Assembly: GCA_026914245.1 (NCBI GenBank)
Contig: CP110439.1
Coordinates: 6,014,001-6,078,000 of the forward strand
DNA: 64,000 nt
Source: Puccinia triticina
Taxonomy: Eukaryota
Reading direction: 5' to 3'
The translations under genes were made by a program, and so were the position numbers. This document shows, in pieces, positions 63,851 through 64,000 of the stretch. The stretch's first letter is position 1; each line of letters begins with the position of its first letter. The notes under the pieces were generated by a model. That model saw only the letters and a list, made by a program, of their open reading frames with translations, had not been told where the DNA came from and did not search any database.

Positions 63851-64000
63851 TAAACAGTGACATATGCAATTTTGAACACCTAGGGTGTTCAAAGTTGACT
63901 TGCATAAAATCATAACACCATAAAATCATAAAATTCTAAGATGAAAAAATATGTTGCACCCAAGCACTCAGAGCATCCGCATCCATGTCTAGATTAGCCT

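Overview
Eukaryotic, intron-rich fungal DNA that looks like a rust fungus (Pucciniales, probably Puccinia; inferred from TE protein styles and intron structure). About 56 kb (1-55.8 kb) is nested, decayed transposable elements. These include two large two-gene DNA transposons with CACCAC-type termini and non-autonomous relatives with 3-bp TSDs, and a CACTA-ended foldback element built from 173-bp repeats. Also present are two hAT relics, a PIF/Harbinger-group element, a TRIM with tRNA-like LTRs hosting a Copia, a gag-less Gypsy, several solo LTRs, a non-autonomous Helitron and palindromic tandem arrays. A compact GC-rich gene island follows (56.6-63.3 kb): MAP2, OST5, an OLE1-like delta-9 desaturase and a DinB-like protein. 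Boundaries and TSDs were read by eye. Family names rest on motif recognition, not database searches.
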